From Octopus bimaculoides (taxonomy: Eukaryota), in contig NC_068996.1 of NCBI RefSeq assembly GCF_001194135.2, positions 38,580,223 to 38,644,222 of the forward strand: 64,000 bases of DNA, in the 5' to 3' direction. The position numbers were made by a program, and so were the translations under genes. The notes under the pieces were generated by a model. It ran no database searches. It was not told the origin of the DNA and was given only the letters and a program-made list of their open reading frames with translations. Positions 51,301 to 61,737 of the stretch are shown here, one piece after another (within the stretch, counting starts at the first letter, position 1; every line of letters starts with the position of its first letter).

Positions 51301-54300
51301 CTTATAATAGTGTAATTGACAAATCATTGAGCAAGTTATTGTTTTGAATTCAAGTCTTGAATTTGCATTAGTATCTTATGAGATACTAATATGAATTGCT
51401 AAAAGTACACAATATATAAAGTGTTGAGTTTATGGTGAACTTTTATTTAAAATATGGCCAGAAAGATAAGTAAAAGACTACCATTCTTGATTGCCATTTG
51501 AAATCCATAAGTTCAACTTGTTATAGGCAACATTTTGTGACAAGCTTGTCTTCTAATCTTAAAATTTTGCTTACATTTGCTTAATGCTATAAAAACTGAA
51601 GTTAAATATTAGCTTTATAAACACCTATAGTTCATAAGTGATTATAATAATATTACCCTTCTGATTGGAAATATGAAGCATGCCCTTTATTATTTTCAAC
51701 TAGATTAGTTCATTTTTTTTTTCTCTTTTTCTCTTGCAGAATGTTGAAGATATGCAAACTAGAGCTAGCATGAAAAGAACAAATGAAAGAATAAAACTAT
51801 TCAAAAGAATATTTCAGAAAAGAGAAGGGTGAGTACTTGAGCACTTCACGACTCAACAAAACTGTCATGATTGTAGATCCAATTAAATTCAGTACTAGTA
51901 GAATATCAGAAGAATGTTTGATACAACTAGCATTTTAACTGTTTTATCTTTTAAATATTTTCCAGAGGTTTTAATCCAGCTGTTGCTCTTGTTAAAAAGC
52001 TTGTGGCTGTTTTAGAATCCATTGAAAAACTCCCTGTCTACAGTTATGATCTTCCTGGGTCTGGTTATGGTTTACAGGTAAGTTATTTTTTCTTTCTTTT
52101 TTTTCTTACTGGGTCTGGAGCAAGGGACAGGCCCTCCTAGACCAGTGGGATTGATACTATTAATGTCCCTCTTTGTAAGTCAACATCTACAAGAATGATA
52201 GGAGTTTAGACAGATCAAGAGGGTTGATGTTCGAGGAAGGAAGAATTGGGTGTCGTGATTAGTGAAAGTGCTAAGTGCAATGAGTCATGTGAGAAGGGAC
52301 AAGTGGTGTGAGAATGTTTGAGTGGAGATGGCATGAACCCAGCCAGTAGTTCAAAGGAGCTGAAGCAATTATAGATGTGGTAGAAAAGCTAGGAGGAAAC
52401 AGAACACCTGTCTGTGAGCCATTTGTAAGGGACTTTATCCAATTTGATGAGTGGCTCTATTCTGGATATGCCTAGGGTGTGTGTGTGTGCAGCACTTACA
52501 AACACTTCAGATGTGAGAGCAACATGCCACTGAATATTACCTAAGCTTTTGTAGAGTACTAATTAATAATTGTTAGAGACTGAAATATATTTTGGCTCTG
52601 AAGAGAAGGGCCAGTCAGTGTCGAAGATGTGCTTTTGCCAGAAGAGATTCTACCCACTAATTGTACTGCATTGATGTTTTCTTGATATTGGTAGCATTCA
52701 TGTTTATGTAGCCAATCAAAATTTAGTTGAATAATGACTTACGATTTATGTCTGCTATTTATCCCTTCTATTTTAGATCCTTACTCGTCGGCTTAGATTT
52801 CGATTAGAGCGGGCTGCTGGTGAAACTGGTTTAATTGATCGCTCAAACCGTACTCTAAAAATGGAACCCCTTACAACAATTTCTGCACTTGAAAGATATC
52901 TTTTGAAGATGGTAAGAATATATTACAAATTTACAAACATTTCTTTGTAATCAAATGTAAACACAATTTTTTTATGTAAGAAATCATCTAATGAAACGTA
53001 ATTTATAAAGTCATTCCAATTTGAGTTCCTAATTAACTATTATAATGAAGTTGCTTATAAATATTCTTTTGGACTCTTTAGGTTGCCAAGCAGTGGTATG
53101 ATTATGAACGATCAACCTTTACTTTTGTTAAAAAATTGAAAGAACCAGGCACATCAATAACATTTACTCATCAGCGGGACTTTGATGAAAATGGTCTAAT
53201 TTATTGGATCGGCACTAATGCTAAGTAATTAATTTGTTTTTTATTCAAGTCTGAAAGTAATTTTGATGTTTTAAATCATTACAAAATTCAAAAGATTTCT
53301 TAAAATATTGTTAGCTATTTTATTTCTAGCCAGAATATATAGGCCAAGGACTTTGCTAGTATATGTGTAAGATGAATTTTAATTTTTTTTTCTCTTTTTA
53401 ATTTCAATGATGTATTAAAAAGGATATTTGGAATAACTTAACAAAACATATTTCACATAAATATATTAGAATTTCTATTATAGGTATCTTCAGTAAAATT
53501 TTAATATTTTCAAAATCACTATCTAAAGTCATTTGGACTAAATAACAGAATTAATGTATTAGAGATGATTATGCACATTTGCTGAATTTCAGTTTGCTTG
53601 AGTACATATAAAGCATGTGTAAAGGTAGTCCATCAATGTTTAAAAAAAATTATAAAGAGAAATTCAAGTTTGGAGAATTTGAAAGGTTTGCTGGTATTTC
53701 TTAAAGCTTTGGCTTGTTTCCTCTGTGTAGCCCTGAAGCCTAATTGATAGATAGTGCTGCCTACTTGCTAAGTTTTTAAAGAAATGTTCTAATAAACTCT
53801 ATGGATATGGGTGGTGTGAACATAGTAGCACAACTCAAAAAATATGTTAGTGTCATAATATTAGGAAAAGAATCTGAAATGTTCATCCATGCCCCAGTAA
53901 CTGATTATCTTCTGTAGCCTCCAAATACCCTTTTTGACAAAAATATCCAAATTTCATCTAAGCATGTAGACGTTCAGGAGTTCTCCTTTCCTCTTTTGTT
54001 ATATATATATTGAGTAGTGCTTGTTTTTCCAGTTTGCATGTGGAAAATTTTCGAAAATAAATGGCAAATTATTTTGATTTGATGTAAAAACTGATTGGAT
54101 CTTGTTTCTTCCAAAAACATTAAAATCTCATTTTGTATTTCATTCTATTTCGTCTGTTGAACAGTCTTCTGGTCTTCTTTACCATCAAGTGACACTGTTA
54201 ATTTGTGTTTGCTATCAGAAATAGATATATCCGATTCCAAATTGTGATAATTGTTGCATTTTTCACTTACTGCTGTTGCCTCTTCCTTTCAAAATCCCTG

Positions 54301-57300
54301 CTAAGTTCAGTAATTACAAAAATAGAGATAGTACCTCTGAGGAATAGGCTGGCTGTTGTAGGAACAAGCAAATAAATAATTAAAAAAGCAAAGTTTAGAG
54401 TAGACAAAATTAATGTTCAAATGATGTGGACTATACAAAAAATTTACTTGCTGAAATCTATCACTGGAATAGTAACAAGGCTTCTTAAAAAAACTGTTCA
54501 TATAGAAAATAATAAATACTTAGGTTGTTAGATTGATGAGAGACAGGTTAAATAACTTTTTTTGTTTAATCTGATTTTTTTTCACCCCAGGTAAATAAAT
54601 TTTATTAATTGTTGAAAACTTTACCAGATCGTTTGAAAATTTATATTGTTTACATTTATTAGGTGTGATCTCTGTAAAATATGCTAAGCCTGCTATCTAA
54701 AGGAAATCTTGTTTTAATATAGAACTGCTTATGAATGGGTGAATCCAGCCCAGTATGGATTAGTGTGTGTAACATCGTCTGAAGGAAGAAATCTTCCTTA
54801 TGGAAAACTGGAGGACATACTAAGCAGGGACTCTTCTGCTATCAACTGCCATACAAACGATGATAAGTAAATATTCTTTTATTCTTTTACTTGTTTCAGT
54901 CATTTGACTGTAACCATTCTGGTGCATTGCCTTGAAAAGTTTTTGTTGAAGAAATCGACCGTAGGACTTATTCTTTGTAAGCCTAGTACTTATTTTATCG
55001 GTCTCTTTTGCCGAACTGCTAAGTTACGAGGATATAAACACACCAACATTGGTTGGACATGCACACACATACATATATCTGATGTGCTTCTTTCAGTTTC
55101 CACCCACCAAATCCACTCTAGTCTTTGCTCAGCCTAAGATTATAGAAGACACTTGTGCAAAGTGCCACACAGTGAAACAATCTGGAACCATGTGGTTGGG
55201 AAGCAAGCTTCTTACCACACAGCTATTTGAAATTTTTTTTAAACTTTGTCCGTAATGTAACTTTATAAAATTGTTAGTGCGAATTTAATTCCTTATAAAT
55301 TTTAATAAGTGTTTTGTTTTGTCGTTAACTTTGTTAATTATTTGAAGTCACTTCTGTACCTAAAAATTATTTTTTTAAATTTATGTTGGGTTTCTTGCAG
55401 GAAAGCGTCCTTTGCAATAGATCTTGGTGTATGGATTATACCGAATTGTTATACTCTACGGCATGCAAGAGGATATGGAAGGTGAGTGTCTACAAACTAT
55501 TGTAAATTTCAGTACAATATATATATCACTGATCTGTCTGATATTAATTCATTTTTGCTTATAACATTAATTAGGCAGTAAATTGGAAGAAGAATTAGTA
55601 TTAGATGAAACTCTTCTTTCAAGCTTTTTTTTTTTTCCCCCTCCATCCCAAATTTCTCTGGATTTATGCTTTCTGAATGCAGTATTGGACCGGTTGAAGC
55701 ATTAAAACCTCAGATGAGATGCCTTGTGGTATTTGTTTTGGCTCTTTGTATATGGAGTTCAAATTTTGCCATTGTTGGCTTGAATGATAAATTTGGTTGG
55801 CCACTCAGGTTATCACTGTCTAAATACCTTTAACAGAGTTCACTGTGCTGCAAACATTAAGAACAAGTCGCCAGTTTGAGGATACCTTCTTGCCTTCATT
55901 CTCACCAATCTTAGTTAGGGGTCCTGTGAAGTGTTAGGAGCACTCCTTTCTCCCCTATATAAAGTAATAAAAAAAATTAGGCTTTTTTTTTTTCCACTGT
56001 CATGGAAATTCTTTTTAATTTCTTATATATTTACTCTAAAAAAAATTTTATTTATTGCTTTAAAATTCTTTATTTTAGATCAGCTTTGAGGAATTGGCAA
56101 TTTCAAGTTTCAAAGGATGGTCAGAACTGGCTAACTTTGTACAATCATGTTGATGATTGCTCTTTAAATGAACCTGGGTAAGACTACTTTCTTAATTTAC
56201 TTCCTTTTAACAAACTGATTTTTTTCTTTGTAATATATATATATATATATACATATATAAAAAAATTCAAAATTGTGGGTGTAATGTTTTAATTGATTAT
56301 TAGAATTTTTTTTTATGTTCTATTATGAAATTGACAGACTAATGTTCATAGAGAATTCAGACCTTTGTTGTACAGGTGATTAGATTGATTGAAACCAAAT
56401 TTTAACTTTAAATTAACTTGCATCAATTTTAACAAAACTAAAATGTGTAAATAGGTTTGAAAAAAGCATCTGCAATATCTGCACATTTGAGCTAAGACCT
56501 CTGTTGTCTATCACGTCAGAAATAAATGTAACTACAAAACTTTGAAAATGAGATGAAGTAAAAGCTGTAGGATATGTAACAATTTCTGTATGAACATCAT
56601 TAGTGAGTGATTAATTCTGTTACCATACAGTGTGATGTTACTCTATCACTTAAAAGTAATAATTTTATTTTTAATTTAAAAGATTAAACTTTAAATGTGA
56701 AAGTTACATTATTGGTATGGGCTAATAAGGTAATAAAACAGATATTGATGATTTTTGGCAAGAAAAAGGTAGAGATATTATATTCAAAATCGTATTATAC
56801 AATAATAATTTTCTCTTGTATAATTTTTAGATCTACTGCATCTTGGCCAATTGAATGTCCCACTGAAGAAACTCAGGGCTGGAGATACATCAGACTTCAA
56901 CAAACTGGTAAAAATGCCAGTGGCCAAACACACTATCTTTCACTCTCTGGTTTTGAAATTTATGGTAAAGTGACTGGTGTTTGTGATGACATAGGTAAGT
57001 ACATATGTATCTAGAGAAGCAATTGGCTTAATAAACAAAAAATATATAAACTGCTAAGTTGTTTGAAATTGCAATCAGATAATTTCTGTTGAATATTAAA
57101 GTGTTAGTTTTTTTTTTTTTTTTTTTTTCAAGTATTACTTTTATATTCCTGTTTATCAAGAACTATTGGTTGATTTAATTTCCATTCCTATTGTTGAATA
57201 TCCTTTCTTGAATGATATATCAGTGACTTAGGGAAAAGATTTGTTTTAATCTTTATTCACTCTGTTTATTACTTAAGGCAAAGCTGCTAGAGAAGCAGAG

Positions 57301-58765
57301 GCTAATCTAAGACGTCAACGACGCTTTATCAAATGTCAAGTGCTTCGGCAAATACAGCAAGGTGCTCGTGTAGTACGTGGCATGGACTGGAAATGGCGAG
57401 ATCAAGATGGAAATCCTCCTGGTGAAGGATTTGTAACTGGAGAATTGCACAATGGTTAGTATTGTGATATTTTACTCTCATGAAAAATGTTAATATAACT
57501 ACAAAATTACAGTTTCTAACTTCTAAGTTTTTTAATATGGGAGAAGAATGATTAGAACAGGAACTTAGTACAATAGGATGGTATTAAGACTAAATATAAA
57601 TTTTTAAATATCTACTTTTTGTTTGGCTTAAAACTTTTTCATCTTCACTTTTCTTTTTGACTAACAGTAATTTTATAAATCTGATGTGATGATGGTGATA
57701 TAGTTAAAAATAATTTCCTCTGCTCGTTTGAAGAGTTTGGATATTTTGATACATTTTGCTTTCTTTTTACAAGTAGCTATAAAGTTAGTTATGTAATTTG
57801 TTAATGTCAGTGTGATTATGAACTTATTTTCCATTCCTTTATATTTAAAGCCTTACCTCTGTGTGTGTATTTGTATTAACTAGTTTTCTGTTTTTTGAAA
57901 TGTAAAAATTTTGATCCATTTGCATTAATTTAGCAGCGTTATTGTAATTTCTATACTTATTAATGTTTAAATTTTGTTTTTTAATATTTAGGCTGGGTAG
58001 ATGTGACATGGGACTTTGGTGGTTCCAATTCTTACCGAATGGGAGCTGAAGGAAAATTTGATTTACAGCTAGCTCCTTCATATGATCCTGAAAAGGTGAG
58101 AATCCCAAAGTTAGACTCTGCACCACAAACTGTCAAACCAAGAACCGGTTCAACATTCATGGATAAAGTAAAGGTATTTTTTTTTTTAATAATTAGAATA
58201 AAATTATGAAATTGATGCATTCGGTTTATGAGAATTAACCTGTCAGTATGCATTATGCATCATTTACATTTGTAGTCTATTACCATTGAATACTGAAATT
58301 TAGGGGTTTGCTTCAACAAAAGTCGCTCTTCTATGTGTTTTATCACTAACACCTGAGACTTCTTGGAAAAAAATACCCATTCTTTCATATTCTAATTAGT
58401 GCTAGAATTTTTTAGATTAGGACCGGTCATTATTTGAGTTAGATCTTTCAAACAGTTGATACAAAGGCTTAAGCACAGTCCACAAGTTATGCAAGTATGG
58501 TGGTCTTTTTTTTTTTTTTTTTGTTATGGACATTTTGTCCTAAAATTTAGTACTTAGTTTTTGTTTCTTTTTTAGATAGAAATTGAACAAGTTCAGTGAT
58601 TAAAAATACTCTTCTTTCTGTTCTAATTGTCCAATCCAGGTGAGCATTACCAATCGGAAAAGTAACTCTACTCCCAGCCTCAGTGAAGTGTCAGAAAATC
58701 GAGCATCTGTTGCAAGTACAGAACAGGCTTCATCAGCAGAAAATCTATCATCGGCCTTAAAAAAT
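22883..58765 (+). CDS. HECTD1: E3 ubiquitin-protein ligase HECTD1 (Ufd4 family), 5' part: 27 coding exons, gene continues beyond the window
   Basis: Spliced translation begins [65 protein letters not shown], matching the HECTD1 N-terminus. All introns are GT-AG and phases are consistent across 27 exons. Ankyrin, SUN-like and MIB/HERC2 motifs occur in the expected order. Confidence 0.97.
24364..24598 (+). CDS. HECTD1: HECTD1 exon 2 ([13 protein letters not shown]...AEQCIK), ARM-like
   Basis: Long poly-T tract then cag|; donor AAA|gtaagt; 235 nt, phases 2-0. Confidence 0.96.
25804..26032 (+). mobile_element. piggyBac-like MITE (TTAA / CC(C)TTTAGCATT termini)
   Basis: TTAA TSD and TIR; further copies at 26445-26662, 37771-37992, 50486-50685 and 61311-61737. 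Confidence 0.75.
26100..26131. other. Assembly gap (32 N) inside poly-T
   Basis: N-run. Confidence 1.
26445..26662 (-). mobile_element. piggyBac-like MITE, inverted relative to 25804-26032
   Basis: Ends gaatgctaaagggTTAA. Confidence 0.75.
26804..27200 (+). mobile_element. SINE family B with an internal tandem duplication of about 32 nt
   Basis: ggcgcaggcatggctgt head; tttggtagat..aaactgaaat repeated. Confidence 0.75.
29000..29393 (-). mobile_element. SINE family B with an expanded internal (TA)n
   Basis: Similarity to the family; (TA)n at about 29173-29238. Confidence 0.75.
29400..29690 (-). mobile_element. CR1-like LINE 3' end remnant
   Basis: [27 protein letters not shown] resembles the CR1 C-terminal FF..RV...WN.LP..VV motif. 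Confidence 0.6.
32240..32435 (+). mobile_element. tRNA-derived SINE, family A
   Basis: ttctgagttcaaattccgctgaggccaactatgcctttc. Confidence 0.7.
33960..34285 (+). mobile_element. SINE family B (an inverted partial copy lies at about 33000-33135)
   Basis: Similarity to the family. Confidence 0.65.
35151..35381 (+). CDS. HECTD1: HECTD1 exon 3 ([11 protein letters not shown]...KHEDPF)
   Basis: ctacag| acceptor; TTT|gtaagt donor; 231 nt; overlaps ORF 35151..35396. Confidence 0.96.
35726..35939. mobile_element. Tc1/mariner MITE
   Basis: TA TSD with TIRs TGAGGGGATGTTGAAAAGTTCCTGGCTTT / AAAGCTAGAAAATTTTTTGCACCCCCTCA. Confidence 0.8.
37329..37666 (+). CDS. HECTD1: HECTD1 exon 4 ([16 protein letters not shown]...KGDER)
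   Basis: ttccag| acceptor; AG|gttagt donor; 338 nt. Confidence 0.95.
37771..37992 (+). mobile_element. piggyBac-like MITE (degenerate)
   Basis: Similar to 25804-26032. Confidence 0.65.
39264..39511 (+). CDS. HECTD1: HECTD1 exon 5 ([13 protein letters not shown]...IEAVDNG)
   Basis: tttcag| acceptor; G|gtatac donor; 248 nt, phases 2-1. Confidence 0.93.
45045..45121 (+). CDS. HECTD1: HECTD1 exon 6, ankyrin repeat ([25 protein letters not shown])
   Basis: ttctag| acceptor; ATG|gtacat donor; 77 nt. Confidence 0.94.
45695..45793 (+). CDS. HECTD1: HECTD1 exon 7, ankyrin ([14 protein letters not shown]...RPQIVK)
   Basis: tgctag| acceptor; AAG|gttatt donor; 99 nt. Confidence 0.94.
45967..46090 (+). 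CDS. HECTD1: HECTD1 exon 8, ankyrin ([25 protein letters not shown]...LQSP)
   Basis: atttag| acceptor; G|gtaaat donor; 124 nt. Confidence 0.94.
47067..47076. other. Assembly gap (nominal 10 N) overlapping the HECTD1 exon 9 acceptor and first codons
   Basis: N-run between ttccta and in-frame coding sequence. Confidence 0.95.
47077..47249 (+). CDS. HECTD1: HECTD1 exon 9, 5' end lost in an assembly gap (VQRENSQ...[20 protein letters not shown]...SVR)
   Basis: Open frame matches the HECTD1 EPKGDPE motif; AG|gtaatt donor; acceptor ttccta[g] runs into the N-run 47067-47076. Confidence 0.9.
47354..47495 (+). CDS. HECTD1: HECTD1 exon 10 ([13 protein letters not shown]...TVLDNE)
   Basis: ctgaag| acceptor; GAA|gtaagt donor; 142 nt. 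Confidence 0.93.
48395..48550 (+). CDS. HECTD1: HECTD1 exon 11 ([16 protein letters not shown]...EKDKEK)
   Basis: ttgtag| acceptor; AAG|gtttgt donor; 156 nt. Confidence 0.93.
48777..49005 (+). CDS. HECTD1: HECTD1 exon 12 ([12 protein letters not shown]...[26 protein letters not shown])
   Basis: tttcag| acceptor; G|gtaggg donor; 229 nt. Confidence 0.95.
49109..49284 (+). CDS. HECTD1: HECTD1 exon 13 ([14 protein letters not shown]...HNSDGQQ)
   Basis: ctacag| acceptor; CAG|gtaaat donor; 176 nt. Confidence 0.95.
49670..49837 (+). CDS. HECTD1: HECTD1 exon 14 ([31 protein letters not shown]...LRMK)
   Basis: aaacag| acceptor; AAA|gtaatt donor; 168 nt. Confidence 0.93.
50269..50406 (+). CDS. HECTD1: HECTD1 exon 15 ([13 protein letters not shown]...ISQIK)
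   Basis: ttttag| acceptor; AAA|gtaagt donor; 138 nt, phases 0-0. Confidence 0.92.
50486..50685 (-). mobile_element. piggyBac-like MITE filling most of HECTD1 intron 15
   Basis: ttaaccctttaacatttaaactggccatatc..., one end decayed. Confidence 0.65.
50754..50900 (+). CDS. HECTD1: HECTD1 exon 16 ([12 protein letters not shown]...[28 protein letters not shown])
   Basis: ttttag| is the in-frame acceptor; AAT|gtaatt donor; 147 nt. Confidence 0.9.
51740..51828 (+). CDS. HECTD1: HECTD1 exon 17 (NVEDMQ...[14 protein letters not shown])
   Basis: ttgcag| acceptor; GG|gtgagt donor; 89 nt. Confidence 0.9.
51966..52077 (+). CDS. HECTD1: HECTD1 exon 18 ([37 protein letters not shown])
   Basis: ttccag| acceptor; CAG|gtaagt donor; 112 nt. 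Confidence 0.94.
52777..52911 (+). CDS. HECTD1: HECTD1 exon 19 ([13 protein letters not shown]...YLLKM)
   Basis: ttttag| acceptor; ATG|gtaaga donor; 135 nt. Confidence 0.95.
53082..53224 (+). CDS. HECTD1: HECTD1 exon 20 ([11 protein letters not shown]...[16 protein letters not shown])
   Basis: ctttag| acceptor; AA|gtaatt donor; 143 nt. Confidence 0.95.
54723..54866 (+). CDS. HECTD1: HECTD1 exon 21, SUN-like domain ([14 protein letters not shown]...NCHTNDDK)
   Basis: atatag| acceptor; AA|gtaaat donor; 144 nt. Confidence 0.95.
54882..55224 (-). mobile_element. SINE family B immediately after the exon 21 donor
   Basis: Similarity to the family. Confidence 0.75.
55401..55481 (+). CDS. HECTD1: HECTD1 exon 22 ([27 protein letters not shown])
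   Basis: ttgcag| acceptor; AG|gtgagt donor; 81 nt. Confidence 0.94.
56079..56177 (+). CDS. HECTD1: HECTD1 exon 23 ([17 protein letters not shown]...SLNEPG)
   Basis: ttttag| acceptor; GG|gtaaga donor; 99 nt. Confidence 0.95.
56831..56994 (+). CDS. HECTD1: HECTD1 exon 24 (STASWPIE...[20 protein letters not shown]...DDI)
   Basis: ttttag| acceptor; G|gtaagt donor; 164 nt. Confidence 0.95.
57278..57454 (+). CDS. HECTD1: HECTD1 exon 25, MIB/HERC2 start ([16 protein letters not shown]...[17 protein letters not shown]...ELHN)
   Basis: cttaag| acceptor; G|gttagt donor; 177 nt. Confidence 0.95.
57992..58173 (+). CDS. HECTD1: HECTD1 exon 26, MIB/HERC2 end ([28 protein letters not shown]...); donor position ambiguous
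   Basis: atttag| acceptor; three in-frame donors after 58095, 58167 and 58173. Confidence 0.88.
58640..58765 (+). CDS. HECTD1: HECTD1 exon 27 ([14 protein letters not shown]...[20 protein letters not shown]), Ser/Thr-rich region
   Basis: atccag| acceptor; AAT|gtaagt donor; 126 nt; RKSxSTPSL and SVASTxQAxSAxNL motifs resemble invertebrate HECTD1/Ufd4 (recalled). Confidence 0.88.
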
Positions 58766-59569
58766 GTAAGTTACTTGTCTATTGTTTGCACTCTCTAACA
58801 TTTGTTAGTTTTTATGTAGCTCTGAAATATAAACTAGGGTTGTATATTTTCTAGATTGGCTTCAGGTTATTTGAATCAAATTTCTGGTTTCCTTAAAGCC
58901 TGTTTTGTTAAACAAACTGAATTCTTTTCCTCCTCATATTTGATTGAACGAATCTTAACAGCCTTTCTAGCAGTGATTATACAATGCCAGCTTCTTTCAA
59001 ATTCACCTTTCTAAGGGTTGATAATACTTTTACCAGTGTTGCTTAATCTAATCGTTTCTTATTGGCAAATACCATTTCAAAACTTTTGCACAATTTTTCT
59101 CCATTCATTCTTATGTACAAAATCTGATAAATATCTATGTATGAGCTAAGCTTTTATAAATGTTTTTTTTTTTTGTTCTTTTTTGGTTCATTTGAATAGT
59201 TTTTGTTCAAAATATGCAGCAAATTTGTTCTTGACAGTTCATATGGTGCACTTGAATGTTGTAGGACAACTTGAAATTTACTATAGTTCTTAATGCATCC
59301 ATTTATTGTGCTGTGTAAACTTTGTAAACCCACTTTCATCATTTTAACATCTACTTTTTTCTGCTTGCATGGGTCAGATGGAATTTATTAAGACAAATTT
59401 TTTTATGGCTCTGCTGTCAGTCCTCACTTGTTTCCAAGCAAGACAATATTTCCTACTGATTGGACATATTTATATAGAAGATTGGAAACAAATGACATTG
59501 CTTGTATGACAGTGACACCTGTTTACGACTATTATGCAATGTCATGGTGAGGCAAGGAAGCATACACAG

Positions 59570-60058
59570 TGGGCTGCTTTCAATTTCCATCTACCAAATC
59601 CATTCACAAGGCTTGGGCATTTATAGTAGTACACATCTGCCCAAAGTGGCACACTGTGGGACTGAACCTGAAATCGTGTTGGGAAGTAAACCTAGGCCAT
59701 ACCTTTCTCTACATGCATGTATAGGTGTGGAAGCTTGCTTCCAAACCAAATGGTTCTGGGTTCAGTTCTATTGTGTGGCACCTTGGGCAAGTCTCTTCTA
59801 CTATAGCCTCGGGCCGACCAAAGTCTTGTGAGTGAAATTGACAGACGGAAATTGAAAGAACCCTGTCGTGTGTTTTTGTGTAAGATAATTTGGCCCCTTT
59901 TATCAAACTGCTAAGTTTAGAAGAAATAAACAAACTGATAGAATAAGTACCAAGCTTAAAAATTAAAAAATTAAGTCCTGGAGTTAATTTGTTCAGCCAA
60001 AACCCTTCAAAGTAGTGTCCCAGTGGGGCCTCAATCCAATGACTGGAACAAGTAAAAT
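59570..60058. mobile_element. Head-to-head pair of SINE family B copies (- at 59570-59700, + at 59720-60058)
   Basis: Similarity to the family in both orientations. Confidence 0.7.
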
Positions 60059-61310
60059 ACATATATACCAAATGCTGCGATGGTCCTTACTATATTTGAA
60101 TATTGTCTTTGGCTTCATAAATAGAAATGATTCCTACCAAGTTTCAACATTATCCTGCTCTGAAAAGCCCATTATTTTGTGGAAATGCTGAAAATCTTTC
60201 TGCTGTGAATTTCATTGCAGACTTTAAAAACTAGTATGTTGAATTATGGATTTAAGACCTACATAGTAACCTTTGCTATGTCGTAAATTTGTGTAAACTT
60301 GTTGCCATCTTACATGTAACCTATTCAGTAGATATATAAGTAGGGTAAATTATTTAACTATCTCTCTGTAGATTGGAAAAATTGAACAGCCTTAATTAAT
60401 TTTTGAACTTTATTGGGGTCTCATCAGAGGTGTTGACATCATTTGACTAACTCCTCAGAAGTAATCAGCCAGTCTATTTATATATTCAATACATCCTCTG
60501 GCTTCAAAACTGGAGCAATTAATTTGCATACTTCAAATATTAAACAGTAATATCTGCAGGTTGTCAACAGGGATCTCAGTCCACACTGTATTAGGGTATG
60601 ACATGTAATCTATGCAGTACATATATAAACAGAGCAAATTTAACTATTTCTCTGTTGGTTATTCCTATCTATTAAATTACAGTACATACAAAATATGGGT
60701 CCCTGTTTTCCCTTGTGGTGGGGTAACAGATGTTTCTACAATTAATTTGATGTCAAATGGTATCTCATGTCTTAGTACAATTCAAACTGTATTTCATCCA
60801 TTATAAATCTATTTACTTTGCAATAGTTCTCTTATCATTTACCTGTTTCGGTCATTGGACTACACCACTTGACTGGTTTTATCAACCCCAGTAATTATTT
60901 TCCCAAAGCCTGGTATTTAGTTTAATTGCTGAGTTACAGAGATGTAAACAAACCAACACCAGCTGTCAAGTAGTATGGGGGGGAAAAAAGACACACGGAC
61001 GACATATACATGTAGATGTGACAAGCTTATTTTAGTTTCCGTCTACCAAATACATCCAAGGTACCACATAGTGGGACTGAACCCAGAACCATGATGGTTG
61101 GGGTAACAGAATTACTCCAGTTGATGTTCCAATCATTTCAGATAAAACTTTTCATAATATTCCTGATTATATGTTAATTTTTTATTCTTTTTGAAAATTC
61201 CAAAAGAATTCCTTTTCAGCTTCAGTTGTTTTATCTCTTTGGTTTTGTAGCTCAATGACCATTCTGTCTTTTTGTTTCATTTTTACTTTTTATTTATATT
61301 GTTTTTTTAT

Positions 61311-61737
61311 TTAACCCTTTAGCATTTAAACCCAGCCATATCCAACCTAAATATTCTGCCTGTTTTCTCTTCAATCTGACCAGATCCAGCCTCTCATATC
61401 TACCCTACAATGTCATTCTAAATCTAAACAATCACATCATCAAAATCTCAAAACTATGAGATAATGCATGATTGATTCAAAAGAATGTGAATAAATAAGC
61501 ATTACATTTGACAAAATAACCTGAATGCTAAAGGGTTAAATCAGCTATATCCAGCCCAGATATTCTGCCAGTTTTATTGCCAAACTGGCCAGATCCAGCC
61601 TCTCACACCTACCCTGCAATATCATTCTAAAAATAAACAATCATCTTTGAAATCTCAAAAGCTGTGATAATTCAGGATTAATTTTATAAAATGTGAATTT
61701 ATAATATATTTGACAAAATTTGAATGCTAAAGGGTTA
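61311..61737 (-). mobile_element. Tandem dimer of the piggyBac-like MITE
   Basis: Two copies joined at TTAAA (61536-61540). Confidence 0.75.

Noticed and set aside
60221-60233. 13-nt candidate micro-exon (gcag|ACTTTAAAAACTA|gtatgt)
   Set aside because: Not a multiple of 3, and no compensating exon found
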